Under the pieces are notes generated by a model. It worked only from the letters and a program-made list of their open reading frames with translations, made no database searches and was not told the DNA's origin. DNA of 64,000 nucleotides from an uncultured archaeon (lineage in GTDB: Archaea; Asgardarchaeota; Thorarchaeia; Thorarchaeales; Thorarchaeaceae), in the NCBI GenBank assembly GCA_964610875.1, contig CAZSWP010000015.1, forward strand, positions 13,758 to 77,757. The letters are read 5' to 3'. Of this stretch, positions 20,768 through 30,650 are shown piece after piece. Both the position numbers and the translations under genes were made by a program. How positions within the stretch are numbered: position 1 is the first letter of the stretch; every line of letters begins with the position of its first letter.

Positions 20768-21889
20768 GTGCAATTAGTTAGTAAACACCCGGACGGAATT
20801 AAAATGCCTGCACCATGTTACATCTGTGGCGCTGATGCGGAGATTGAGAGTCTTTGTACAGAATGCTACAATAAAGAGCATCCCCTTGCTACAATCCAAT
20901 CCGTTGTGTCCATTACTATCTGTAAGAAATGTGGTGCAATCAAAGTTCCTGGCGGATGGAAGACAATAGATGATGAAACTCAAAGTGATTCCGCAAGAGA
21001 AACTTATGTTGGTTATATTCTTCAAAAGGAGCTAAAGGTGACTGGAAATGATGTAGAGCTCTCAATTTTGGAGTCTAATCGCCTTGACCGCGTCTTACAA
21101 CTTGAATTGATAGTCACAGGTCACTCTCATCCTGATATTTCTCCTCATACGGAAACACTACCATTAGAGGTTCGTTTTAACTATGCCACATGTGATACCT
21201 GCTCTATGATGAGTGGAGGCTATTATGAATCAACGCTTCAAATAAGAGCTCAAGATCGTTTACTCTCCGATGATGAAAAGATACAGATTATCGAGATTGC
21301 ACGAGAGAAGACATATGCAGAGTATGGTCGTGATGCAAAGGCTTTCATTTTGCAAATTGATGAGATTAAATTTGGTCTGGACCTGTTCATAGGATCTGAA
21401 TCACTATGCAAAAAAATAGCAGATGAGATTCAGGCCTTGTTTCTTGCAGAACGGCAAGAAAATTACAAGCTAATTGGTCAAGAAAAGGGTGGTAAGGACA
21501 AGTTTCGAATTACTATTGTTCTCAGGTTGCCACGATTTTCAATTGGCGACATTATCAAAGTCAAAGGCAATCTCTGCGAAGTGAGGGACCTTGGCAAAGG
21601 TGGACTCTCGTGTTTTGACCTAGAAAACAAGGGGATTTTTACAATCTCTCAAAAGAGTGCAAAATGGAAGACAGTAGAGTTTGTTATGCCACAATCCGAG
21701 AAAAGAAAGTTCATGGTTGTTTCTAATGTATATGGGCAACCTGTTCAAATAATGGACTCGATGACTTATGAAACACGAGAAATACAGGTTGATGAATCCC
21801 ATCGAGATAATTACGAGAACGGTTCAATAATAGAAGTTATAGAATTTGAAAATCGAATATATCCAATACGTATGATTCCTAGAAAATGA
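20768..21889 (+). CDS. nmd3: NMD3 large-subunit biogenesis factor
   Basis: Four CxxC motifs, GGYYESTLQIR, GLDLFIGS, C-terminal OB/KOW-like region; probable ATG 20804. Confidence 0.9.
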   Translation: MQLVSKHPDGIKMPAPCYICGADAEIESLCTECYNKEHPLATIQSVVSITICKKCGAIKVPGGWKTIDDETQSDSARETYVGYILQKELKVTGNDVELSILESNRLDRVLQLELIVTGHSHPDISPHTETLPLEVRFNYATCDTCSMMSGGYYESTLQIRAQDRLLSDDEKIQIIEIAREKTYAEYGRDAKAFILQIDEIKFGLDLFIGSESLCKKIADEIQALFLAERQENYKLIGQEKGGKDKFRITIVLRLPRFSIGDIIKVKGNLCEVRDLGKGGLSCFDLENKGIFTISQKSAKWKTVEFVMPQSEKRKFMVVSNVYGQPVQIMDSMTYETREIQVDESHRDNYENGSIIEVIEFENRIYPIRMIPRK

Positions 21890-21986
21890 CCCACTATTCC
21901 GTGGTTTCGTTACTCTTAAATGGCTAGTCTATCACCTCATGTTAGATGCTGGGTAATACTCAGTTTTTACCAATTGGAGGATTATT

Positions 21987-22307
21987 TTGTCAAGAAGAGG
22001 TAAACAAACAGGAAATACAGAAGAGCTCACAAGAGTCCGAACACCACGTAGAAACGAAGGTGAACTCTTTGGAATTATCATTCAAATGTTAGGACATGAC
22101 CGTGTAAGAGTTCGTTGTGAAGATGGTAATATCCGAATTGGTAGAATTCCTGGTAAGTTCAAGAAAAGAGTCTGGATGCGCGTAGGCGATACAGTTCTAG
22201 TTGTACCCTGGGACTTTCAGACTGATGAAAAAGCAGATGTTGTATGGCGCTACAGGAATAATGAAGTTGATTGGTTGAAAAAACGTGGCATCTTAAAGAT
22301 GTTTTAA
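21987..22307 (+). CDS. eif1a: Translation initiation factor 1A
   Basis: MLGHDRVRVRCEDG..RIGRIPGK.KKRVWMRVGD.VLV.PWDFQ. Confidence 0.97.
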   Translation: MSRRGKQTGNTEELTRVRTPRRNEGELFGIIIQMLGHDRVRVRCEDGNIRIGRIPGKFKKRVWMRVGDTVLVVPWDFQTDEKADVVWRYRNNEVDWLKKRGILKMF

Positions 22308-22373
22308 ACCTTTTATCAACAAATTGTTCTATTATCATTGGTCAATTAATTGAGACCAAGGTGAAATCCCTAG

Positions 22374-23162
22374 TTGAAACGCGTTGAAACCAAGAAAAGG
22401 GTCATCGATGACGAGATTGAACGCCGTAAGATGAAACGGCGATATGACGTTGATGAGTTTAAAGTAGTTGAAGGAGTAATTGATCCTCCAACCCTAAAAG
22501 TATTGTACAAACTACTGAATAAGGGAACTTTACGAGCTGTTCATGGAGTGATAAGCACAGGAAAGGAAGCAAATGTGTATCGTGGGGAAAACTTGGACCG
22601 AGAAGCGGTTGCTGTCAAGATTTACAGAATGTCAACTGCCGAAACAGACTTCATGCGTGAATATATTGTAGGAGATCCACGTTTCAAACGAGTCGGAAAG
22701 AAAAACAGAGTTTTAATTCCTCAATGGGCAATGAAGGAATATAGGAATCTCAAGAGATATTTTGAATCTGAGGTAAAGGTTCCTGAACCCATTGACATCG
22801 AACGAAATGTTGTAGTAATGGAGTTTATCGGCGACTTGGAATCTAATCAACCCGCACCACTTCTGAAGAATGTAGTCTTGGAGGACCCTGTGGATGTCTT
22901 TGATGAGATTATTCATATGATTGATCTCAGCTATAACGAAGCAGGTCTGGTTCATGCTGATCTTAGTGAATTCAATATACTCTGGAACGGTGGCCCTGTC
23001 TTTATTGATGTTTCACAATCGGTTTTGACAATTCATGAGAATGCTAAAAGGTACCTCTATCGAGATATTCAAAACATAGTGTCTTATTTTACTAAGCTCG
23101 GAGTCGAAAAAGTAGACCCACTTGAAATTGCGAAACACATCATATCAAAGAGTGAAGAATAA
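22374..23162 (+). CDS. rio1: RIO1 serine kinase
   Basis: ISTGKEANVY, AVKIYR, YIVGDPRF, LVHADLSEFNIL, IDVSQSV. Confidence 0.95.
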   Translation: MKRVETKKRVIDDEIERRKMKRRYDVDEFKVVEGVIDPPTLKVLYKLLNKGTLRAVHGVISTGKEANVYRGENLDREAVAVKIYRMSTAETDFMREYIVGDPRFKRVGKKNRVLIPQWAMKEYRNLKRYFESEVKVPEPIDIERNVVVMEFIGDLESNQPAPLLKNVVLEDPVDVFDEIIHMIDLSYNEAGLVHADLSEFNILWNGGPVFIDVSQSVLTIHENAKRYLYRDIQNIVSYFTKLGVEKVDPLEIAKHIISKSEE

Positions 23163-23163
23163 C

Positions 23164-23727
23164 ATGTATTTCCACGAAACCGTCAGAGTTCCAATGGAGC
23201 GTCTTGGTGTAATTGTAGGCCGAAATGGACGAGTACGAAAAAGAGTCGAAAAGCTAACAAACACCAAGCTTGACATATCTTCAGAGGGCATGGTTACAAT
23301 AACGAGCCCAGAGAGTTCTGAAGATCCAGTATTAGCATGGAAAGCACGCGATATTGTTCGTGCAATGGCTAGGGGATTCAGCCCAAAGAAAGCTCTGAAT
23401 CTCATCGACGAAGAAACACGCTTGATTGTGATTTCGTTACGTGAAATGGTGGGTAATTCGTCAAGTCAGTTGAAAAGAGTATCTGGACGAATAATTGGGG
23501 AAAATGGACGAACACGTCGGGTCATAGAACAAACTGCAGGCGTTTATATATCAATTTATGGAAAAACAGTTGCTCTTATTGGCATGGACCCTGGTCTGGA
23601 TTATGCAACCAGAGCTGTTACTATGCTTATTGATGGAGCACCACATTCTGCAGTCTACAAATATCTAGAGAAATCTCGAAGAAGGATGAACCGTCAAGAG
23701 GCAGAGCTCTGGGAAGACTCTCTATAG
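23164..23727 (+). CDS. KH-domain rRNA-processing protein (Dim2/Pno1/Krr1)
   Basis: Two KH GxxG loops, AMARGFSP, GRIIGENG, GAPHSAVY; synteny with RIO1; ATG 23164. Confidence 0.92.
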   Translation: MYFHETVRVPMERLGVIVGRNGRVRKRVEKLTNTKLDISSEGMVTITSPESSEDPVLAWKARDIVRAMARGFSPKKALNLIDEETRLIVISLREMVGNSSSQLKRVSGRIIGENGRTRRVIEQTAGVYISIYGKTVALIGMDPGLDYATRAVTMLIDGAPHSAVYKYLEKSRRRMNRQEAELWEDSL

Positions 23728-23750
23728 CTCAATGTAATACGCGCTCTGAA

Positions 23751-25304
23751 ATGAGCTTATTGCTAACTAGTCTTGAATGTCTTATGACCAGTTATTCGAC
23801 GCGATATGAAATATACGATAGTATCTCCCCTGCAGAGTTTTTTTACAGAAATAAGCAGATGGCAGGCTTCAGTAATCCCTCACAAGCACTCTATACAACA
23901 GTCAGAGAACTTGTAGAGAACAGTCTTGATGCCTGCGAGGCTGCAGCTGTTTTCCCTGAACTTCAGATTAGCATTATCAGAAAAACATCTGATGAAATCA
24001 AAGTTCGTGTGGGTGATAATGGTTCAGGAGTTCCAGACGAACAAGTAGCATCTGCTTTTGGTCGAGTCCTCTATGGCAGCAAGTTCGAATCACGACAACG
24101 GAGAGGTACTTTCGGTCTTGGTGTCACAATGGCTGTTCTATACGGTCAGATAACAACAAATCAGGCTGTTTCGATTCATACTAGGACTAAAAACACACTA
24201 GGCCAAAAATATACGCTCTTTATAGATATTGAAGCAAACAGACCTATTCTCGATTCAAAAATACAACTGAAACGAAGAGAAACTGGAACTACAGTTTCCT
24301 TGTCGATGGTAGGTGACTTAGCCAGGTCAAAAGATCGGATTATTGATTATTTACGGCTAACGACAGTTTCAAGTCCTCATGCAATGATAAAGCTAAACAT
24401 AGATGATGGGGAACCCTTTATTTTTGGGTGCTACTCCTCCGCACTCCCAAGCATTCCCCTTAGTACAAAACCGCATCCTCGTTCTGCTGATACTGAAACC
24501 ATCAGAAGATTGGTAGATGAGAACCCTGGTCTAAAATTGAGAGATTTCCTCATGCAATCATTTCAACAAGTAGGTAGAAAGGGGGCATCCCAATTTCTTC
24601 GATTCTATGGATTCGAACCAAGCAAAGTTGTTTCCCATTTGAGTCGGAAACAACTAACCCGGATATCTAATGCACTCCAACAATATGACAAATTTGGCCG
24701 TCCTGATGCCACATGTCTGAGTCCTATTGGAAAGAAGAACATCCAACAGTCGATAAAATCCCTGTATAACACTGATGTGGTGTACTATTCTTCCAGAGTA
24801 CCAGCTGAATGGAGTGGTTGGCCATTTATAATTGAAGGCGCACTAGTTATAGACAAGAGTTTACCTGCACAGGATTTTCCAACATTATACCGTTTTGCGA
24901 ATCGTGTTCCCCTTCTATACGATACAAATGATGATATTCTTTATCGTGCTTTGAAGAAAATATCCTGGAGCCGATATGGATTGGATTCTGATCATCCTAC
25001 TGCAATATTTGTTCATTTTTGCTCAACAAGAGTACCCTACAATGGTGCAGGGAAACAATCTATGGCATCGATGCCAGAGATTGAAACTGAAGCATCTCTC
25101 CTATTCAAAGAATTAGGCCGCAAGATGAAACGTGCCATTTCTAAACATCGGAATCTACAACGTGACAGAAGTCGCATGCTTCGCTTTGAGAAGAGCTTTA
25201 AACTGGTGGCTAAATACAGCTATCAACTTGCAGAAATTAGGAAACGGCCTGATACTGGTGATATGATTACAAGTCTATTTAGGGATGATCAAGATGACAA
25301 CTAA
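23751..25304 (+). CDS. top6B: DNA topoisomerase VI subunit B
   Basis: SPAEFFYRN, ELVENSLDA, DNGSG, YGSKF..RQ.RG.FGLG, KPHP, ANRVPLLY, STRVPY..AGKQS. Confidence 0.93.
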   Translation: MSLLLTSLECLMTSYSTRYEIYDSISPAEFFYRNKQMAGFSNPSQALYTTVRELVENSLDACEAAAVFPELQISIIRKTSDEIKVRVGDNGSGVPDEQVASAFGRVLYGSKFESRQRRGTFGLGVTMAVLYGQITTNQAVSIHTRTKNTLGQKYTLFIDIEANRPILDSKIQLKRRETGTTVSLSMVGDLARSKDRIIDYLRLTTVSSPHAMIKLNIDDGEPFIFGCYSSALPSIPLSTKPHPRSADTETIRRLVDENPGLKLRDFLMQSFQQVGRKGASQFLRFYGFEPSKVVSHLSRKQLTRISNALQQYDKFGRPDATCLSPIGKKNIQQSIKSLYNTDVVYYSSRVPAEWSGWPFIIEGALVIDKSLPAQDFPTLYRFANRVPLLYDTNDDILYRALKKISWSRYGLDSDHPTAIFVHFCSTRVPYNGAGKQSMASMPEIETEASLLFKELGRKMKRAISKHRNLQRDRSRMLRFEKSFKLVAKYSYQLAEIRKRPDTGDMITSLFRDDQDDN

Positions 25305-26352
25305 CCAAGATGCAATTAGCAGGTTACAAGCCTTTGGAGTGGAAGTGGCTTCCAAGATTCAATCTGGTGAGTTTCCTGCAGTTGAAATTCCGGATAGGAA
25401 TACAAGTAACATTGTTTATGATACAAAATTAGAGCAGTATGTATTAGGGCCAAAAAAGAGTAGAAGGGAATCGGCAAATATCAGGCATGTTCATAGTTTT
25501 GCTCAGCTTACATGGGTTGCTGCATTTGCTAAAGACTTGCTTATTTCTGGGAGAACAAGTTCTCTAAGGGACCTATACTATTCAAGTGAAGCATATGGTC
25601 TCAAATTCAAAGACCAACCTGAATCCAACCGAGTGGTTTCAGATTTGGAATGCTTACTAGATATGTCCAGAGAAGACTTTGGTATTTTTCCTGAAGAACA
25701 CTCTTCAATTTATGGAGAAGTCATAATGGAATATACGGTATCAGGATACGAGGGACGTAAAGTTGACCTCACAGTGAGTCCTGATGGTCTTCCCATCGGT
25801 CGTGCTCTAATGACAGCAAAACCTGTGTCAACAAATGCCAAAATCATCCTAGCTGTTGAGTCTGGAGGCATGTTCTCACGCTTGATTGAAACTGAATCTT
25901 GGAAGGATATGAGCGCAGTACTGGTACATCTAGGTGGTCAGGCGCCTAGATCAACAAGACGCTTGCTGAAGTGCTTACATACAGAACTGAATTTGCCTGT
26001 CTATGTATTTACTGATGGCGATCCATGGGGTATGCACATTGCACGAGTTATTATGTCTGGAAGTGCAAATGCTGCTCATGTTAAGGGTCTGTCCATACCG
26101 ACTGCTAGGTGGATTGGAGTTACTGCCGCGGATATAAAGAAACACAATCTTCCAACAGAAGATATGAGTGACTATGATCTAAGAAGATTGGATGAGCTAA
26201 CTAATGATATTCGATACTCATCAGAATTCTGGCAAAATCAGATACATAAATTCAAACAACTAAGAAAGAAAGCCGAACAGCAAGCTTTCAGTAGACATGG
26301 CATTGATTATGTGGTTGATTCATACTTGACCGATAAACTCTCTGCATTTTAG
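25285..26352 (+). CDS. top6A: DNA topoisomerase VI subunit A
   Basis: SLRDLYY (catalytic Tyr), TOPRIM AVES/DGDPWG, KAEQQA. Confidence 0.95.
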   Translation: MIKMTTNQDAISRLQAFGVEVASKIQSGEFPAVEIPDRNTSNIVYDTKLEQYVLGPKKSRRESANIRHVHSFAQLTWVAAFAKDLLISGRTSSLRDLYYSSEAYGLKFKDQPESNRVVSDLECLLDMSREDFGIFPEEHSSIYGEVIMEYTVSGYEGRKVDLTVSPDGLPIGRALMTAKPVSTNAKIILAVESGGMFSRLIETESWKDMSAVLVHLGGQAPRSTRRLLKCLHTELNLPVYVFTDGDPWGMHIARVIMSGSANAAHVKGLSIPTARWIGVTAADIKKHNLPTEDMSDYDLRRLDELTNDIRYSSEFWQNQIHKFKQLRKKAEQQAFSRHGIDYVVDSYLTDKLSAF

Positions 26353-26372
26353 TGCTTATAGGTTGTTAATTA

Positions 26373-27410
26373 TCATATCAGACCTGAGTTAAATGGATAT
26401 GCGAACAGAAGCAGAAACAAACCCCCATACGCTATTAACGCCTGAAGAATCAGTAGAAGCATGACATTCTTCTTTTCAGTAATATTATCTGATAGCCATG
26501 GGAATAACCAATACATTGTGAATGGTCCTTCCACCTCCATAGTCCCATCATCTCTGGGCTTTGCGAATTTGACCCACTCTTTGCCTTTCCTTTTCACATA
26601 AACTCTGTATACCAAATACATTAGAAAATTGATACCAAAAGTGAAGTAAAGCACTATTGCCAGTCTGTCAAAGTTACCAAGAACAAGTGCTACTGCCATA
26701 GCTGCTCCAATTGGCAGTCTTCCTACATCTCCTGGCAAAACCTTTGCGGGATATCTGTTGAATATATAGAATGCCACAGTTGCCCCAAGCAGTGCTGCAG
26801 CAACGGTTGAAGCATCAATCTGGCTGGAGGAAATCTCTGCTCCTGTCATGACCGGTATCAGAATCACATAGATCACTAGAGATGAGGCATTTATAGCAGC
26901 AAGACCTGTTTCTAAACCATTCATTCCACCATACATGTTAGTAGAGTCAATAATGAACGTCATTATGAGTGGGACAATCACCAGTGGATATAGTATCCCT
27001 AAATCCAAGGTACCAATTATTGGAATGGACATTGTTGTTGTACCAACATTCAATGCCATCATTGGAATTGAGGCAATGAGTGGCAATACTACCTTGGTTC
27101 TATTGCTAAAGTCTAAGGTGTCGTCCAATAATCCAATCATCCCCGCCATGAGTATTGAAACCAAAGCCGCAAGCAATCCTGGATTGATAATTAATTCCAA
27201 ACCAAAAGTCCGTATTCCTATGCATACGAGAAGACTGGATACTATTGCAAATAGCAGGATGTATCCTGCACCCTTCGGGACTTCAGGTCTATCTGGTTTA
27301 TGAACATCAGTACCAGTTATCCCCTTTTCCCTGAGGGCCCTTATGGTACCAGGCATTAGTAGAATTACCAATACAAATGAGAAAATCAATGCAATAGCAA
27401 CTGTTATCAT
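26373..27410 (-). CDS. UDP-GlcNAc:dolichol-phosphate GlcNAc-1-P transferase (AglH/ALG7-like, MraY/GT4 family)
   Basis: G.DVHK..RPEVP, GLLDD, STNMYGGMNGLE, FNRYPAKVLPGDVG. Confidence 0.85.
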   Translation of the reverse strand: MITVAIALIFSFVLVILLMPGTIRALREKGITGTDVHKPDRPEVPKGAGYILLFAIVSSLLVCIGIRTFGLELIINPGLLAALVSILMAGMIGLLDDTLDFSNRTKVVLPLIASIPMMALNVGTTTMSIPIIGTLDLGILYPLVIVPLIMTFIIDSTNMYGGMNGLETGLAAINASSLVIYVILIPVMTGAEISSSQIDASTVAAALLGATVAFYIFNRYPAKVLPGDVGRLPIGAAMAVALVLGNFDRLAIVLYFTFGINFLMYLVYRVYVKRKGKEWVKFAKPRDDGTMEVEGPFTMYWLFPWLSDNITEKKNVMLLLILQALIAYGGLFLLLFAYPFNSGLI

Positions 27411-27604
27411 TTCTATGACGCCTCTAGTTAGAGTTCTTTGACATCAAACCCGTTTTACACTTTTCGGGAATTGTTTGTTAAAGGTTACAGTACATTATCT
27501 ATTCTAACGGAAACTCTTTTAACGTCCCTGAAGCTGGACCGCATCGTTCATGGGTCTGAGGCAATAGAATAACTCAGATTTATACCATCACATGGTGATT
27601 TGTA

Positions 27605-30565
27605 TTGAGCCTGCTGCATAGAAGAATCGCAACAATCGTGTTACTGGCACTCTTTGTAACAAGTGGTGTCATGACAGCTTTTCCAGTAGTGGACTCTGGG
27701 GATTCCATACTTGCCACTAATGATATGAAACAAAACAGTATACCATCCCAGTCAGTACTGAACGCATCTATCCCATATGTAGATGAGCATTATGGATATG
27801 CTGATGGAATAATTGATCCCACAGAGTATGCCTACACGTATACTGATCTGGTATCTGGAATTACAGTATACCTTGAACATAATTCTTCTATTCTCTTTGT
27901 AGGCCTCTCTGCAAGGACTTCAGGCTGGATTGGAATCGGTTGGAAGAACTACACAGATGACTTCACCACTGAAGGTCTGAATGGTAGTGATTTAATATAT
28001 GGCTATGCCCCTGGAACCCCTCATTCTCCAGTTATTAGAGTGACAGGAGATGAACCAATCACCGTTCATTACATTCTCAAACTTAGAAATGGAACTGTTC
28101 TTGAAGAAGGTGATGTTCCAAATGATGAATCAACTACCCCCTTCAAAGAAGAAACGCTCTTATTACCGGATTATATTGATAACATTCTCGGAATGCGAAT
28201 TGGTGAAATACGTAACTTCATAATTCCTGCTGAGATTGCATATAATCAATCCACCCATCCATTGTATGGTGAAGATCTGGAATATATCGTAAAAGTGACG
28301 CGAATTGCCGAGTCTTTCCAGAATCCCGCAGACGCTAGTGAGATCATATACAGTGAAGAATACGGGATTAGCACTTATCAACACCAAACCGATGACAATC
28401 AAAGTCAGGTTTTAGCATCTGGTGGTTCAGATGATGGCACAAATACTCAACTTGAATATTTCATACAGATGAATTCCACAGACATCCAAGACGTTCCACT
28501 TCTGAATGATAGTGAAATTAGTTATCCCCTTATGCTGCTATATAGTGATAGTGAGGATATAACGCAAATACCCACACAACACAATGATTGGGCAAATCCA
28601 CTTGGAGTCATATTCATTCCAAATGCAGCTCCTGAGATCACATTCGAGACCCCGATTCAAGATGGCACATATGACTGGATTTTGAAAATATCTGCAAATG
28701 TTACTGACAATTCATGGATTCGAAGGGCGTTCTATAAAGTTGATGATGAAAACTGGACGGAGATCTTCTATAAATTCAAAACTGACCTCTGGGAAACACA
28801 AATTGACCTCTCCAGTTATGTCACTGGATTACACACTGTGTGGCTTAATGCAACAGATCCTTCTAATGTGACAAGTATTAACAGTGTGAATATATCCGTC
28901 GACCGACCTTACCAACCCCTTCTTGGAATGAGGCTTGATGTTGTTCGAACAGTATATACTAAACTCTATCATCTGACAGAGATTGTTGATACTTTTACCA
29001 TAGAAAACAACGGATCTGTAGTGATTAATTCAATTGACATATATCTTCCAGAGAACTGGTATAATTACCAAATGTCAATCTCCGCCGAGGGTGAAGATGA
29101 AACTGTTCTAAAGATACTGGATTTGGGTTTGGAAAATGGGATGAGGAATTGGAAAATATTCCTTGCTGAAGGCGTCAATTTTGGCGAGTCTTATACACTA
29201 ACCATCGTAACATTCTACCACTCTCTCCATACACTTACTGACTATGATAATGAAATCTATGAGGTTTGTTACCTTCGATACCCTGTGGTTCCATATGTCT
29301 TACGCCGTGCTCAGTTAGGTGTTGAATTCAGAAGTGGTGATAGTCTAAATGGCGAAAGTCCTGAAGGTCTTGAAACCAACATTGCACCAATGGAGGTTGA
29401 GGAGGTAACAATGTCTATCAAGTCATTTACGCCTGTAATAGTAGCTGATCGTCACACTGAAGTAAAAATTGACCCATGGGGTTGGTTAAACTACCACGAA
29501 ACAATCACGCTTCGAAACATAGGTCCTACAAGAGAGCTCACGTTATCCTTCAATATACCTGAAGGTTCTACTACCATCAAGATATATGATAAGGTAGGAA
29601 TTCTTGCGAAATCTCAACCTGGTGGTACATGGTACACAAATGAAACGGTTACTCTGCAAATCGACCTTAGAAGCGATCGTTTTGGGCAGGATGCTCTCTT
29701 ACCCAATTATCAATACACATTCAACATCGATTATACCATGGAACTCTCAACTTATCAAACTCCTGTAATCTCTGGCACAAAACTGAATCTACCAATGGCA
29801 ACACTTGGGGAAGTCCTGATAGAGAAGCACATTGTTGATGCCATATTATCATATTCTGTAGCAACAGTTGAAGCTAGTGATGGTTATCGACTGTTATATG
29901 GTGTATTTGACAACACTCTTCGTTATACATACCATAATACCACCAACCAGAATCCTCCCGATATCTACATTGTTTACCAAACCTCTTTGTTGTCCAGTTC
30001 CCGTCCATTAGCTTTTAGCCTAATTTTTGGTCTAATTGCTATCATCTATGTCGGATATAGAGCGTTCAACCCCCCTGTTGATAAGAGTCTAATCAGTAGA
30101 AAGGATGACGAAGATGAGGTTGGTCGCGTGAGTGGAGCTCCCCCTGACCTTCTCAGCACTTTCGCTAGTTTATATTCTAGAAAAACTGCACTTAATTTGG
30201 ACATGGAAAAACTTGAAGCTTCCAGACGTCGTGGTAAAGTGAGTAAGAAAGAGTATATGATTCGTGAGCGTGATTTGAAATCACAGATTGATGAAGTGGA
30301 ATCGGAATTGCCAGAGATGAAAGAGAAGCTGATATCTTATGGTCCTAAATACCGTGACATGATTGCACAACTCGAGCTCCAAAATGAGCGCATTGAAGGT
30401 GCTAAGGCTGGACTTAGACAACTGCTACTCCGCAAGAAGAAACAGAAAATCAGTCGTGTAGCCTTTGAAAAGTCACGTCAAGACTATCTCAAGACAATCA
30501 AGAAAGCAACAAGTGCAACGGATAGAATGCTTCTTTCCATCCAAGAAGAAGCAGGAGACATATAA
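27605..30565 (+). CDS. Multidomain ribophorin-I (OST1)-like membrane protein: signal peptide, DOMON with inserted FKBP domain, Ig-like, ribophorin I, TM, helical cytosolic tail
   Basis: GWIGIGW..NGSDLIYGY (DOMON); VHYILKLRNG...GMRIGEIRNFIIPAEIAY...GEDLEYIVKV (FKBP); VVRTV...TFTIENNG and RHTEVKIDPWGWLNYHETITLRNIG (ribophorin I); RPLAFSLIFGLIAIIY (TM). Confidence 0.75.
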   Translation: MSLLHRRIATIVLLALFVTSGVMTAFPVVDSGDSILATNDMKQNSIPSQSVLNASIPYVDEHYGYADGIIDPTEYAYTYTDLVSGITVYLEHNSSILFVGLSARTSGWIGIGWKNYTDDFTTEGLNGSDLIYGYAPGTPHSPVIRVTGDEPITVHYILKLRNGTVLEEGDVPNDESTTPFKEETLLLPDYIDNILGMRIGEIRNFIIPAEIAYNQSTHPLYGEDLEYIVKVTRIAESFQNPADASEIIYSEEYGISTYQHQTDDNQSQVLASGGSDDGTNTQLEYFIQMNSTDIQDVPLLNDSEISYPLMLLYSDSEDITQIPTQHNDWANPLGVIFIPNAAPEITFETPIQDGTYDWILKISANVTDNSWIRRAFYKVDDENWTEIFYKFKTDLWETQIDLSSYVTGLHTVWLNATDPSNVTSINSVNISVDRPYQPLLGMRLDVVRTVYTKLYHLTEIVDTFTIENNGSVVINSIDIYLPENWYNYQMSISAEGEDETVLKILDLGLENGMRNWKIFLAEGVNFGESYTLTIVTFYHSLHTLTDYDNEIYEVCYLRYPVVPYVLRRAQLGVEFRSGDSLNGESPEGLETNIAPMEVEEVTMSIKSFTPVIVADRHTEVKIDPWGWLNYHETITLRNIGPTRELTLSFNIPEGSTTIKIYDKVGILAKSQPGGTWYTNETVTLQIDLRSDRFGQDALLPNYQYTFNIDYTMELSTYQTPVISGTKLNLPMATLGEVLIEKHIVDAILSYSVATVEASDGYRLLYGVFDNTLRYTYHNTTNQNPPDIYIVYQTSLLSSSRPLAFSLIFGLIAIIYVGYRAFNPPVDKSLISRKDDEDEVGRVSGAPPDLLSTFASLYSRKTALNLDMEKLEASRRRGKVSKKEYMIRERDLKSQIDEVESELPEMKEKLISYGPKYRDMIAQLELQNERIEGAKAGLRQLLLRKKKQKISRVAFEKSRQDYLKTIKKATSATDRMLLSIQEEAGDI

Positions 30566-30650
30566 TTCTCCTGTTTCCACTTTCTTTACCATATCAGGAA
30601 GTCTTATCAAACTATAAGAAGTAGGTTTCAGCCCTCAAGGGGATTACTTC

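Noticed and set aside
23751-26352. TopoVI as a possible Spo11/TopoVIBL-like meiotic precursor
   Set aside because: GHKL, H2TH, transducer and TOPRIM motifs look like canonical archaeal TopoVI
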